In this document: in pieces, positions 24,188 through 33,549 of the stretch | Layout: each line of letters starts with the position of its first letter | How positions within the stretch are numbered: position 1 is the stretch's first letter | From: an uncultured Myxococcales bacterium | Lineage (GTDB): Bacteria; Myxococcota; UBA727; VGSZ01 | Length of the DNA stretch: 33,549 bases | NCBI GenBank assembly: GCA_903952805.1 | Contig: CAJBHN010000539.1 | Coordinates: forward strand, 1-33,549 | Direction of reading: 5' to 3' | The notes under the pieces: model-generated | Told to the model about the DNA's origin: nothing | The model's database searches: none | Seen by the model: the letters and a program-made list of their open reading frames with translations, nothing else | Translations under genes and position numbers: made by a program

Positions 24188-24229
24188 AAAAAAAGGCGCG
24201 TCGTCCTTGCAGACGGCGCGCTTTTTTTC
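24188..24229. terminator. Bidirectional rho-independent terminator
   Basis: An A7 run is followed by a 10-bp stem, GCGCGTCGTC/GACGGCGCGC (one G-U pair), with a 6-nt loop and then a T7 run. It lies between convergent genes. Confidence 0.8.
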
Positions 24230-24349
24230 GGTCGTCGTCGTCGATGCGGGTCGTTTCCGTCGGGCGCGTCGTCGACATCCGCGTGTCAGCGCCGCTCCCG
24301 TGGGACGGCGGCTCCCTGTCACCAATCGCTGGTCTTCAAGGTGCTGCCT

Positions 24350-25024
24350 TCAAGGTGCGGCGACGCTCACCTTGCACAGCAGCGTGTTGTCTTGCTTCAA
24401 GCTGGACGACCAGATCAGCTTCGCCGACGCGTCCCACGACACCTCGTCGTAGCCCTCCTTGGGCTTGACGTCGTCGGTGCTGTACTCGACGGCGGCGGGC
24501 CATGCCGAGGTGTCGTAGCCGGCGTCCATCCAACCCGATGGCTCGGCCGTGATCGCCGACGCGCAATCCACCTCCGGCGTCGCACTGTCCTCACACGAGA
24601 CGTCGGTCGGCGCCCGATGGATGACGAGGCACTGCCAGCCCTGGTTGGAGACCGCGACATAGTCCCCGGTCAGCGTGTCCTTGATCTGCATGATGAAGCC
24701 GCCGTCGCCCATCTGCTGCTGGGCGGTGCCGATGTACTCCAGGCCGGTGTCGTTGGCCTTGTAGTCCTTGAGGATGACGTTGAGGTTCAGCGGGTAGGCG
24801 CCGTCGAAGCCGAAGACCTCCTTGTTGAAGGACCGCTCCGTCTCAATGGACACGCTGTCTTCCTGCAGGAGCGTGTCGCCGTCGTACATCGCGAACCAGT
24901 TGTCGGACCAGGCCTCGACCCGGAACTGACCGGTCGTGGCGATGCTGTCGGCATGGCTCGAACACGAGACGGTGACGAGAGCAGCGAGCAGGGGAGGCAG
25001 GGGAGGCAGGGGAGGCAAACGCAT
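24350..25024 (-). CDS. Putative lipoprotein of unknown function
   Basis: The start MRLPPLPPLPPLLAALVTVSC has a lipobox-like VSC and follows a GGGGGA Shine-Dalgarno sequence. The longer ORF up to 25282 contains a terminator hairpin, so its N-terminal 86 codons are rejected. Confidence 0.7.
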   Translation of the reverse strand: MRLPPLPPLPPLLAALVTVSCSSHADSIATTGQFRVEAWSDNWFAMYDGDTLLQEDSVSIETERSFNKEVFGFDGAYPLNLNVILKDYKANDTGLEYIGTAQQQMGDGGFIMQIKDTLTGDYVAVSNQGWQCLVIHRAPTDVSCEDSATPEVDCASAITAEPSGWMDAGYDTSAWPAAVEYSTDDVKPKEGYDEVSWDASAKLIWSSSLKQDNTLLCKVSVAAP

Positions 25025-25157
25025 CCCCCGAGCATAGCGATGGTGTCGGTGCGCTTGGAAAGAAAGACCACGAGCAGGCCTCGGCCCGGCAGCTGCTGGG
25101 CCAGCCCGTCGACGAGGCAACGCGGCGTCAGCGACAAGGTCCAGCTCGGCGGACACG

Positions 25158-25189
25158 AAAAAAGCGCGCCGTCGTTGCCGACGGCGCGC
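25158..25189 (-). terminator. Rho-independent terminator of the 25218-27353 gene
   Basis: A perfect 11-bp stem, GCGCGCCGTCG/CGACGGCGCGC, has a 4-nt loop and is followed on the minus strand by T6. Confidence 0.8.
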
Positions 25190-25217
25190 TTGAGTTTCGG
25201 TCGAGCCTGGAGCGAGC

Positions 25218-27353
25218 TCAGGGAGCGGCGCAGCCGTCGACGACGACGTCGCCGAGGCCGACCAGCACCGTATCGAGGTCAATCAGGCCGCCGACGTCGC
25301 TGCAGGTGAGGCCGGCGCCGCAGTCGCTGGGGCTGTCACAGGCTTCGAAGCAGACGTTGGCGCCGCCGAGGCCGACGGGGTCGCACAGGCCCGACGAGCA
25401 TTGGCTGTCGGCGCTGCAGGCGAGGCCACCGGCGAGGCCGGCGCGGCGGGCGGTGCAGCCGAAGGACACGCGGGCCACCTGCAGGTAGCTGGCGATGGGG
25501 CTGCAGACCTCGGCGCCGCCGCATTGGCCGTCGTCGACGCAGGCGGTGCGGGCGCGGACGCCGTCGCCGGTGATGGGGGTGGCGATGTCTTGGCTGGCGG
25601 CGGCGTTGCTCGGGTTGAACCAGCCGAGCTGGAACTCGAAGTCGTTGAGGCTTTCGACCTCGGTGTCGCGGTCGGCGTCGCGCAGCACGAAGGTGCCCTC
25701 GGCGGCCAGGCCTGGCTGGCCGAGGCTGGGGTTTTGGGCGTTGACGCGCAGGTCGGTGAGCTGGGCTTCGGCGAAGGCCGCGGCGGTGTTGAGGCCGAAG
25801 TTGCAGGCGCTGCGGATCGCGCCCTGGATGAGGGGGTCGCCACCCGAGATCGACGCCGAGACGTCGCTGCAGCGGACCACGTTGATGAGCACGCCGCCGA
25901 GGGAGTCCGACGCCAGGCCGTTTGGCAGCGAGGGGAACACGACCTGCTCCAGGATGGCGAGCACGAAGGCGCCGTAGTTCAGGTTGATGCCGTGGGGCGC
26001 GGTGGTGACCTGGTAGCGCTCGGTGTCTGGGCCGACGGGGGCGTAGACGACGTCGGCGGCGTAGGTGGCGTCGACGGGGGCGAGGGCGGCGTCGGCGAGG
26101 GACAGGGGACGGCGAGCGCAGGCCAGGTCGCCCACGGCGCACGACAGGGGCCAGTAGACGACGGCGTCGGTCCAGGCTTCGTGGACCTCGTACTGGCCGG
26201 CGAGGACCTCCGAGACGGTGAAGCGGCCGCCGATTTCAAAGTCGGTGATGACGTCGCGGATGCCAGCGCCGATGTCGGTGAGGTCGTCGTAGCGAGTCCC
26301 GAGGCTGTTGCTCAGCAGGGTGTCGAGCGAGGTGCGGAAGGTCTGCCACAGGCTGTAGTCGCCGGGGTTCTGCTCGGCGTCGCTGTAGGTGTCGGTCTCG
26401 GCGAACTCGAGGCCGGCTTCGCGCATGACAAAGAACAGGGCCAGGCCGGCGGGGTCGGCGAGGACGGCGGAGATGGTGTCGACGGTGGTGTCGATGGGGG
26501 CGGGCAGGGCGTCGCCGAGAGCCATGTGCATCAGCACGTCGTAGTCACCCGTGATCTGGGTCGCGGCCTGCTCAAGGGCCACCGTCAGCGTCGTGGTGCT
26601 GCCACCGTCGAGGCGAGCGCTGTCGGCGCAGCCGCGGGCCACGATGGAGCCGTTGGCGCCAAAGCCGGTGACGACGACGGCGGCGCGGCGGCCGGCGGCC
26701 TGGTCGGCAAAGGTCTGCGTGCCGGGCACGGTGGCAAAGGTCGCGGTGAACGAGGGCTGGGGCAGCGTCGACTGGGCCAGCAGCGTCGCGCAGTCGGGGG
26801 CGCCGGTGGCGACGTAGACGAGGCCGGTGGCGCGGGTGACGGGGATGCGGGTCGCCGCCGTGACAGCTATCTTCAGAGTCGCTGAGGGATCTTCAACCAC
26901 CTGCACGGTGGCAGTGGCGGTTTCGATGTTGCCGTCGACGTCGACAATGCTGGCCGAGACCGTCAGGTTGCCGTCGAAGGCGTCAGCGCGGACCGGGACG
27001 ACGGCGCCGCCGGTGACGTCGGTGACGAAGTTGGCGCCCAACACGGTGGCGCCAAAGCCGGCGCTGTCGACGGTGACGGGGAAGTCGGTGGCGACCAGAC
27101 CGCTGGTCTCGCCGGTGACGACAAAGCGCAGGTTCTGGGTCTGGCCGCGGTAGACGACGACGGGGGAGGCGCCGTCAAACACGATCTGGCGGGGCTCCTT
27201 GGGGTCCAGCGTCGTGTCGGGGTCCAACGGATCCAGATCCACCGGACCGTCCACCGGCGCCACGGGCTCGTCGGAGCAGCCGTCGCAACCAGCGAAACCC
27301 ACCAGGGCCAGAACGCTCAAACCAGGGATGACGCTGCGCAGGGGGCGGAACAT
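25218..27353 (-). CDS. Large secreted lipoprotein with a C-terminal Cys-rich region
   Basis: MFRPLRSVIPGLSVLALVGFAGC has a lipobox (FAGC) and GGAG lies upstream. The C-terminus carries repeated Cys motifs: CVDDGQCGGAEVC, CSADSQCSSGLC and CDSPSDCGAGLTC. Confidence 0.75.
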   Translation of the reverse strand: MFRPLRSVIPGLSVLALVGFAGCDGCSDEPVAPVDGPVDLDPLDPDTTLDPKEPRQIVFDGASPVVVYRGQTQNLRFVVTGETSGLVATDFPVTVDSAGFGATVLGANFVTDVTGGAVVPVRADAFDGNLTVSASIVDVDGNIETATATVQVVEDPSATLKIAVTAATRIPVTRATGLVYVATGAPDCATLLAQSTLPQPSFTATFATVPGTQTFADQAAGRRAAVVVTGFGANGSIVARGCADSARLDGGSTTTLTVALEQAATQITGDYDVLMHMALGDALPAPIDTTVDTISAVLADPAGLALFFVMREAGLEFAETDTYSDAEQNPGDYSLWQTFRTSLDTLLSNSLGTRYDDLTDIGAGIRDVITDFEIGGRFTVSEVLAGQYEVHEAWTDAVVYWPLSCAVGDLACARRPLSLADAALAPVDATYAADVVYAPVGPDTERYQVTTAPHGINLNYGAFVLAILEQVVFPSLPNGLASDSLGGVLINVVRCSDVSASISGGDPLIQGAIRSACNFGLNTAAAFAEAQLTDLRVNAQNPSLGQPGLAAEGTFVLRDADRDTEVESLNDFEFQLGWFNPSNAAASQDIATPITGDGVRARTACVDDGQCGGAEVCSPIASYLQVARVSFGCTARRAGLAGGLACSADSQCSSGLCDPVGLGGANVCFEACDSPSDCGAGLTCSDVGGLIDLDTVLVGLGDVVVDGCAAP

Positions 27354-27617
27354 GTGATCTCCGTCAACAGGAGGACGACAACAGGGGGATGGTGGGGAAC
27401 TCGGGCGGATTATCGCACTTAGGCGTACATGTGTTGCTTCCTTTTCGGCCGGGGGAGGCCAGCGTTTCAAGTCCCTGTTTTCATTGGTGATATGCCGAGG
27501 GCTCGTCCCGACGGATCCCCGGGGGCCGTCCCGCCGGCCCCGGCTGCTGCATCCCGTCGTTGCCCACCCCGTCTCGCGCAGGCAACCAACGGCCGGGCGT
27601 CAACACGGGAGCCGGCG

Positions 27618-28714
27618 GTGATCAAATACCTGGGCTCCAAACGCACGCTGCTGCCCCTGATCGGCGGCGTCGTCGCCGCCCTCAAAGACGCCCACACCGC
27701 CATCGACCTGTTCTCCGGCACCAGCCGCGTGGGCCATGCCCTCAAACGCGCCGGCCTGCGCGTCGTCGCCAACGACCTCAACGCCTACGCCGCCACCCTC
27801 GCCCGCTGCTACGTCCAGGCCGACCTCGACGACGTCGCCCATGACGCCCGGCTGTTGATCGCGGAGTTCAACGCGCTGCCCGGCCGCCCCGGCTACGTCA
27901 CTGACACCTTCTGCGAGCAGTCCCGCTTCTTTCAACCCAAAAACGGCGCCCGCATCGACGCCATCCGCGAAGCCATCGTCGACAAAGGCCTGCCCCCCGA
28001 TTTGGAGGCCGTCTGCCTCGTGTCGTTGATGGAGGCCGCCGACCGCGTCGACTCCACCTGCGGCGTGCAAATGGCCTACCTCAAACAATGGTCCAAGCGC
28101 GCCCACCACGACCTGACGCTGCGCCTGCCCGAGCTGCTGCCCCGCCCCGAGCGCGGCCGCTGTCTGGCCCTGCACCATGACGCCATCGACGTCGTCAACG
28201 ACCTCTCGGCCGACGTCATCTATCTGGACCCGCCCTACAACCAGCACAGCTACCTCGGCAACTACCATGTGTGGGAGTCGCTGGTGCTGTGGGACAAGCC
28301 AGCCGTCTACGGCAAGGCCTGCAAGCGCGTCGACAATCTCGAGCGCAAAAGCGCGTTCAACCGCAAGACCACCATCGAAGCCGCCGTCAAAGACATCGTC
28401 CGCCTCGTCGACGCCCGCTTGTTGCTCGTGTCGTTCAGCAACGAGGGCTACATCTCGCGCGCCGCGATGGAGGCGCTGTTGGCCGAGCGTGGTCCCGTCC
28501 ACGTCATCGCCACCGACTATCAACGCTACGTCGGTGCCCGCATCGGCATCCACGGCCCCGGCGGCGACGTCGTGGGCGCCATCAGCCATCTGCGCAACCT
28601 CGAATATCTCTACGTCGTCGACATCGCCGGCAGCGGCGTCGACTGGGCCAGCGTCGCCAGCCAGATTCAGCACCGCGCACCGTCGACGACCAGCACCGGC
28701 TATGCTCGACGCGC

Positions 28715-28718
<4 letters not shown>
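27618..28718 (+). CDS. Dam/D12-class-like N6-adenine DNA methyltransferase
   Basis: The protein starts IKYLGSKRTLLPLI. DLFSGTSRVG is the AdoMet motif and IYLDPPYN is the DPPY catalytic motif. The GTG at 27618 is preceded by GGGAG with a 6-nt spacer. Alternative in-frame starts are ATG 27492 and ATG 27429. Confidence 0.8.
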
Positions 28719-30211
<1,493 letters not shown>

Positions 30212-30243
30212 TCACCGCCGGATCCCGCGAGACGTTGGTGCTC

Positions 30244-30315
30244 GTCGTCGCTGCGGTCGTCGCTGCGGTCGTCGCTGCGGTCGTCGCTGTGGTCGTCGCT
30301 GTGGTCGTCGCTGCG
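30244..30315. repeat. 12-bp tandem repeat, 6 copies
   Basis: GTCGTCGCTGCG occurs 3 times, GTCGTCGCTGTG twice and GTCGTCGCTGCG once, head to tail. The minus strand reads (DDRS/DDHS)n and the plus strand reads (AAVV)n. Confidence 0.95.
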
Positions 30316-30591
30316 GTCGACGTCCTCGATGTCGTCGACGACGTCGTCGCCCGCCGTTTGCTGTCGGCTCTCGGTCACGCGTCAGACCCATATGATGAAA
30401 CCGCAGCTCTTATTGAAGGCCGCATCTGCCAACTTGACGACGAAGACGTCTCCCCATTCGCACACGATGGCGAATGCGATGAGCCAGCGTTTCGGTGCAT
30501 TCGGCACAGATGGCGACGATTACCTGGAGCTCGTGGGCCTGCAGGAGCGCCACGGGTCGTTGCCAACGACATCGACGAGCCATAGCTCGGC

Positions 30592-32127
30592 TTGGTGGCC
30601 AGCGTCGACAGCAGCTCAAGCAGCCTGATCCCGTGGCGCGCGCCGGCGACCATCGCGGCCGTGGTCGTGATGTTCCTGGGGCTCGCGCTGCGGTGGCGTG
30701 GCCAGACGTCGTTGGAGCTGTGGGCCGACGAAGCCGACTGGGCCATCCGCGCCGTCAACGGCACCGACACCTTCATCCGCCCCGTCGGCACCATGTGGCT
30801 CGCGCGCGCCCTCGTCGCCGTGCACAACAGCGAGGTGATGTTGCGGTTGCCGTCGCTGATCGCGGGGGTCGCGCACCTGGCGCTGCTGTGGCTCTTGCTG
30901 CGCCGACTCGTGCGCGCCGAGGTCGCCGTGCTCGGCGTGCTGGCGGTGGCCGTGCACCCCGTCGCCGTCGAGATGGCCAAGGAGTTCAAGCCCTACGCCC
31001 TCGAGGCGTGTCTGCACACGCTCCTGCTGTTGCTCACGGTGCGGTGGCTGCATGCACCTTCACGTCGCGGCAGCGTGGGCATCGGCGTGCTCGCGGCGGT
31101 GTCGCCGCTGTTGTCGTGGAGCATCGTATTTGCGTATCCGGGCACGTTCCTCGTCGGCTTGATGCGCGCGGGGCGGGATCGACGTCGTGGTCAGGTCGTT
31201 ATCTTTGTCGTCGGCGCCATCGTCACCCTGCTCGTGCTCGCGGCGTTGTTTCTGGCGCGGGTGCAAAACGAAGACCGCAAGGCCGACTACTGGGGCAAGA
31301 AGTACGATGTGTTCTTCACCGGCGATGGTGTGGTGAATCAGCTCGCGTGGCTGGCCAACAAGACCGCGCTGGTGGCGATGCAGCCGGGTCGACTCGGTGT
31401 GTCGTCGTGGTCATCGTCGGTGTTGTCGGCGACGGCCGGCATCCTGGTCGTGCTCGGTCTGGTCGTGCTGGCGCGGCGCCGCGCGTGGGAAGTGCTGGTG
31501 CTGCTGGTCTTCCCCGTGCTCACCACCCTCGTGTTCAACGTTGCCCGCCAGTGGCCCTGGGGGGTTTTCCGCACCAACTTCTATCTGTTGCCCATGATGA
31601 TCATCCTCGCCACCGTCGGCGTCGATGGCCTCTTCTCCGCGCTCGCGCGCCTTCACCGGCGCGCGGTCGCGGCCGCTTTTGTCTTCGTCGCCGTCGCGAC
31701 GCTCGCAGCAGTGCCAGCATGGTGGTCGATGGCGGCGCGCAAAAGCCGTCGTCACCAGACGGGGCAGGCGAGCGTCCACCGCGCCATGCAGCTGCTGCGC
31801 GCGGTCGAAACGACCAGTCCGACGACGACAAAGCCCGTCCTGCTGCTCGATGGTCATGCCTGTGGCCTGTTTCGCTACTACAGAGACCACCACAGCGCGG
31901 GTGTCGCTGCCGACCACGACTGGTACGTCGCGCACATCGACGAACGCTGCGGCACCGTGGGCCATGGCTGGTTCCCCCTCGTCGACAGCATGGCCGGCCG
32001 CGACTTCTGGTTGATGGTCGTGCAGCGCAAGCACGAAGCGCAGACCATCAAACGCCTGCGCGCCGAATGCGCCGTCGAACACCTCCACAAGCTCCCCGGC
32101 ATGACGCTGTTGTACTGCCGGCGCTGA
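30592..32127 (+). CDS. GT-C fold membrane glycosyltransferase (ArnT/PMT-like, GT39/GT83-type)
   Basis: The DE motif lies in the first loop (LELWADEADW). There are about 10 or more hydrophobic helices and a C-terminal soluble domain. The start is TTG 30592 or GTG 30595. Confidence 0.7.
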   Translation: MVASVDSSSSSLIPWRAPATIAAVVVMFLGLALRWRGQTSLELWADEADWAIRAVNGTDTFIRPVGTMWLARALVAVHNSEVMLRLPSLIAGVAHLALLWLLLRRLVRAEVAVLGVLAVAVHPVAVEMAKEFKPYALEACLHTLLLLLTVRWLHAPSRRGSVGIGVLAAVSPLLSWSIVFAYPGTFLVGLMRAGRDRRRGQVVIFVVGAIVTLLVLAALFLARVQNEDRKADYWGKKYDVFFTGDGVVNQLAWLANKTALVAMQPGRLGVSSWSSSVLSATAGILVVLGLVVLARRRAWEVLVLLVFPVLTTLVFNVARQWPWGVFRTNFYLLPMMIILATVGVDGLFSALARLHRRAVAAAFVFVAVATLAAVPAWWSMAARKSRRHQTGQASVHRAMQLLRAVETTSPTTTKPVLLLDGHACGLFRYYRDHHSAGVAADHDWYVAHIDERCGTVGHGWFPLVDSMAGRDFWLMVVQRKHEAQTIKRLRAECAVEHLHKLPGMTLLYCRR

Positions 32128-32363
32128 CCATCGCGCTGCAACGACGCGTCTTTCGACAGCGGGAGGCGCGCCAGTCGGAGGCCGACACCGTGCCGTGCAT
32201 CGACTCATCATCTGGCGGTGATGAATCGCGTGAGGTTCGCGGACGTCGGCGGCCTGAGGGGGTCCAGCTTCACGACGGCTTCCATGCTGTTCATAATTGA
32301 CCCATGAATGATCAATATGAGCAATCAATGATCTGTATCCTCGTCCTGACGCCGTTTTAGCCC

Positions 32364-32378
32364 GGCACGGCGACTGCA
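32364..32378 (+). promoter_or_regulatory. Sigma-54 (-24/-12)-like promoter element
   Basis: GGCACG-gcga-cTGCA fits the consensus TGGCACG-N4-TTGCW with exact GG-to-GC spacing. The GC dinucleotide lies 14 nt upstream of the ATG at 32391. Confidence 0.4.
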
Positions 32379-32390
32379 TAAGGACCCATC

Positions 32391-32900
32391 ATGAACACTG
32401 ACATTCCCAGCGGCGCCCCGATGGGCACCGGGTCTCTGGCCGACGCCGAAGGCGTGGTGCTGGTGTTGCAAGCCCGGGCCCTGCGCCGCCGACTCCGTCT
32501 GCTGGCCCGGGTGCTCAAGGGCCTGCTGCTGGTGGGCCTGTGTGCCGCGTGTGCGAGCGTCGCGTTGTTGCCCCGAGCCGGGCGCTTTGGCTGCCGCTCC
32601 AAGCAGAGCGAGGCGAAGGGCAACTTGAAGGCCCTGTATATCGCGATGCAGGCTTACCGTGCCGACCACGACGTCTCCAGCGACGACTTCGCCGCGCTCG
32701 ACTTCGCCCCGAAGGGACACAAGATCCGGTACCGCTACGTCGTCACCGACGTGGACCCCGCACCCGGCGGGGCGGCTGGCTTCGTCGCCTGGGCCATCGC
32801 CGACGACAGCGACCCTGCCCACGCGGGTGATGCCTGGTGCATCGACGACACCTACACGATCACCAACGTCCACAACATTTGCGAGGTCGACCAATGGTGA
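32391..32900 (+). CDS. Type IV pilin-like protein lacking a prepilin cleavage motif
   Basis: LLLVGLCAACASVALLPRAGRFGCRSKQSEAKGNLKALYIAMQAY parallels the pilin alpha1 helix (..AIPNF..FQARSKQSEAK.NLKA.YTAQ). A C-terminal Cys pair, WCIDDTYTITNVHNIC, resembles the pilin D-region disulfide loop. There is no G|FTLIE motif. Confidence 0.65.
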   Translation: MNTDIPSGAPMGTGSLADAEGVVLVLQARALRRRLRLLARVLKGLLLVGLCAACASVALLPRAGRFGCRSKQSEAKGNLKALYIAMQAYRADHDVSSDDFAALDFAPKGHKIRYRYVVTDVDPAPGGAAGFVAWAIADDSDPAHAGDAWCIDDTYTITNVHNICEVDQW

Positions 32901-33268
32901 GGTCATCCACCGCCAACCGCGCCATCGACGACGACGCGCCCATCGTGGCCGCCGACGTCGACGCCGCCCGCCGCTTGCTTGGGGGCATCGGTCTGCTCAA
33001 GCGGGTGCTGCTTGTCGTCACGGCCGCGTTCACAGTCTTGGTGCTGGTGCCCCTGATGGAGTCCAGCTGGCAGCGGCACGGGATATACGCGTTGTGCACG
33101 GACGGCTTGGCGGCGCAGCATGATCGCCTGGTTCGCGGCGACATCCCCAGCGACGTCGTCGTGCACCACGGCCACCACGGCACTGTCTTCTACTCGCCCA
33201 CCACCGTCGCCCTGCTGGTCAACGGGCAGGTGGTGGCGTCGAGCGATCGTTGTGGTCCGGCCTGGTAG
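32894..33268 (+). CDS. Small single-pass membrane protein, hypothetical
   Basis: The ATG at 32894 overlaps the end of the pilin-like gene by 7 nt. The TM segment is VLLVVTAAFTVLVLVPL. Confidence 0.5.
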   Translation: MVRSSTANRAIDDDAPIVAADVDAARRLLGGIGLLKRVLLVVTAAFTVLVLVPLMESSWQRHGIYALCTDGLAAQHDRLVRGDIPSDVVVHHGHHGTVFYSPTTVALLVNGQVVASSDRCGPAW

Positions 33269-33329
33269 GCGTCGGCGTCGTTGACGGCGTCGTTGACGGC
33301 GTCGGCGTCACGCCCGCTCGTCGTCGGTC

Positions 33330-33549
33330 TCATCGCGCTACGCCGCGTATCACCGGCGCGACGGACGGTTCGTCTTCGCTTTCGTCGTCGGCGCGACAAA
33401 AGACGTGGATGGTCACGGCGCGCGAGCTGCTGTCGACGCGCAGCGTGGCGGGCTGGCGATTGTGCTTCATGAAGTCGACGGTGGTCTCGACCCGCTTGCC
33501 GCGCCGCAGCAGCGACAGACGCACATCGGGACGGCCTTCGACGAGGAGG
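33330..33549 (-). CDS. 3' end of a hypothetical gene running off the window
   Basis: The reading frame is open from the window edge to the stop at 33330 (..LLVEGRPDVRLSLLRRGKRVETTVDF..). I recognise no family. Confidence 0.4.
   Translation of the reverse strand, partial: LLVEGRPDVRLSLLRRGKRVETTVDFMKHNRQPATLRVDSSSRAVTIHVFCRADDESEDEPSVAPVIRGVAR

Noticed and set aside
25336-26885. Long plus- and minus-strand ORFs (25401-26885 +, 25336-26142 -, 25283-25843 -) inside the large lipoprotein gene
   Set aside because: They are alternative-frame or antisense shadows with Gly/Ala/Arg/Pro-rich sequences. The 25218-27353 frame has a lipobox signal peptide, a Shine-Dalgarno sequence and a terminator.
30244-30315. 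Possible CRISPR array
   Set aside because: The repeats are only 12 bp long and directly abut one another with no spacers. This is a minisatellite, not a CRISPR array.
30495-32300. 601-aa plus-strand ORF overlapping the glycosyltransferase
   Set aside because: It is extremely Arg-rich. The frame at 30592-32127 gives a coherent polytopic membrane protein with a GT-C DE motif.
33269-33329. Tandem GTCGTTGACGGC x2 flanked by GGCGTCGGCGTC, considered as a terminator between convergent genes
   Set aside because: These are direct repeats rather than inverted repeats. Only tiny CGTC-gtt-GACG hairpins are possible and there is no T-tract.

Overview
This is a high-G+C window, about 75% in sampled native lines. 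Its gene content looks myxobacterial (Myxococcota): a Ser/Thr kinase, T2SSE_N-domain proteins, Cys-rich lipoproteins and many pilin-like genes. The taxon is an inference only. I found no rRNA, tRNA or CRISPR array.

Contents from left to right:
1. 1-1690: insertion-sequence debris (an IS3-type transposase tail and an IstB tail), a 35-nt fragment of an alpha/beta-hydrolase paralogue, and a stand-alone FimT/GspH-like pseudopilin.
2. 1768-3519: a T2SSE_N (GspE N-terminal-like) membrane/TPR protein.
3. 7735-3667, minus strand: a translationally coupled minor-pilin operon (FimT-like, PilV-like, PilW-like, then a 725-aa PilX-like protein). No PilY1 is present. A Ser/Thr kinase diverges from it.
4. 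9954-13508: an alpha/beta hydrolase, then a complete Top6A/Spo11-type protein with no Top6B anywhere in the window. The Top6A stop overlaps the start of an acyltransferase-3 gene.
5. 13483-16860: a low-G+C island (48% in one sampled line) carrying vapBC and a BcgI-like restriction-modification pair, namely a fused PD-ExK nuclease/N6-adenine methylase plus a single-TRD (target-recognition domain) S subunit.
6. 17131-24171: housekeeping or accessory genes. These are BLUF, a GreA/B-like protein, a peptidoglycan-binding protein, a LigB/DODA dioxygenase, an SDR, a membrane protein, a VOC protein and a fatty-acid desaturase.
7. 24350-27353: two lipoprotein genes separated by a clean terminator.
8. 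27618-30211: a Dam/D12-type methylase whose stop overlaps the start of a multi-zinc-ribbon transmembrane protein.
9. 30212-30591: an unassigned stretch containing a 12-bp x6 tandem repeat.
10. 30592-33268: a GT-C glycosyltransferase, a sigma-54-like promoter, a pilin-like protein with no prepilin cleavage site, and a small membrane protein.

Best candidates for something new: the orphan Top6A with its coupled acyltransferase, the methylase/zinc-ribbon pair, the GT-C/atypical pilin module, and the PilY1-less minor-pilin operon. All functional calls rest on motifs read by eye. No database search was run.
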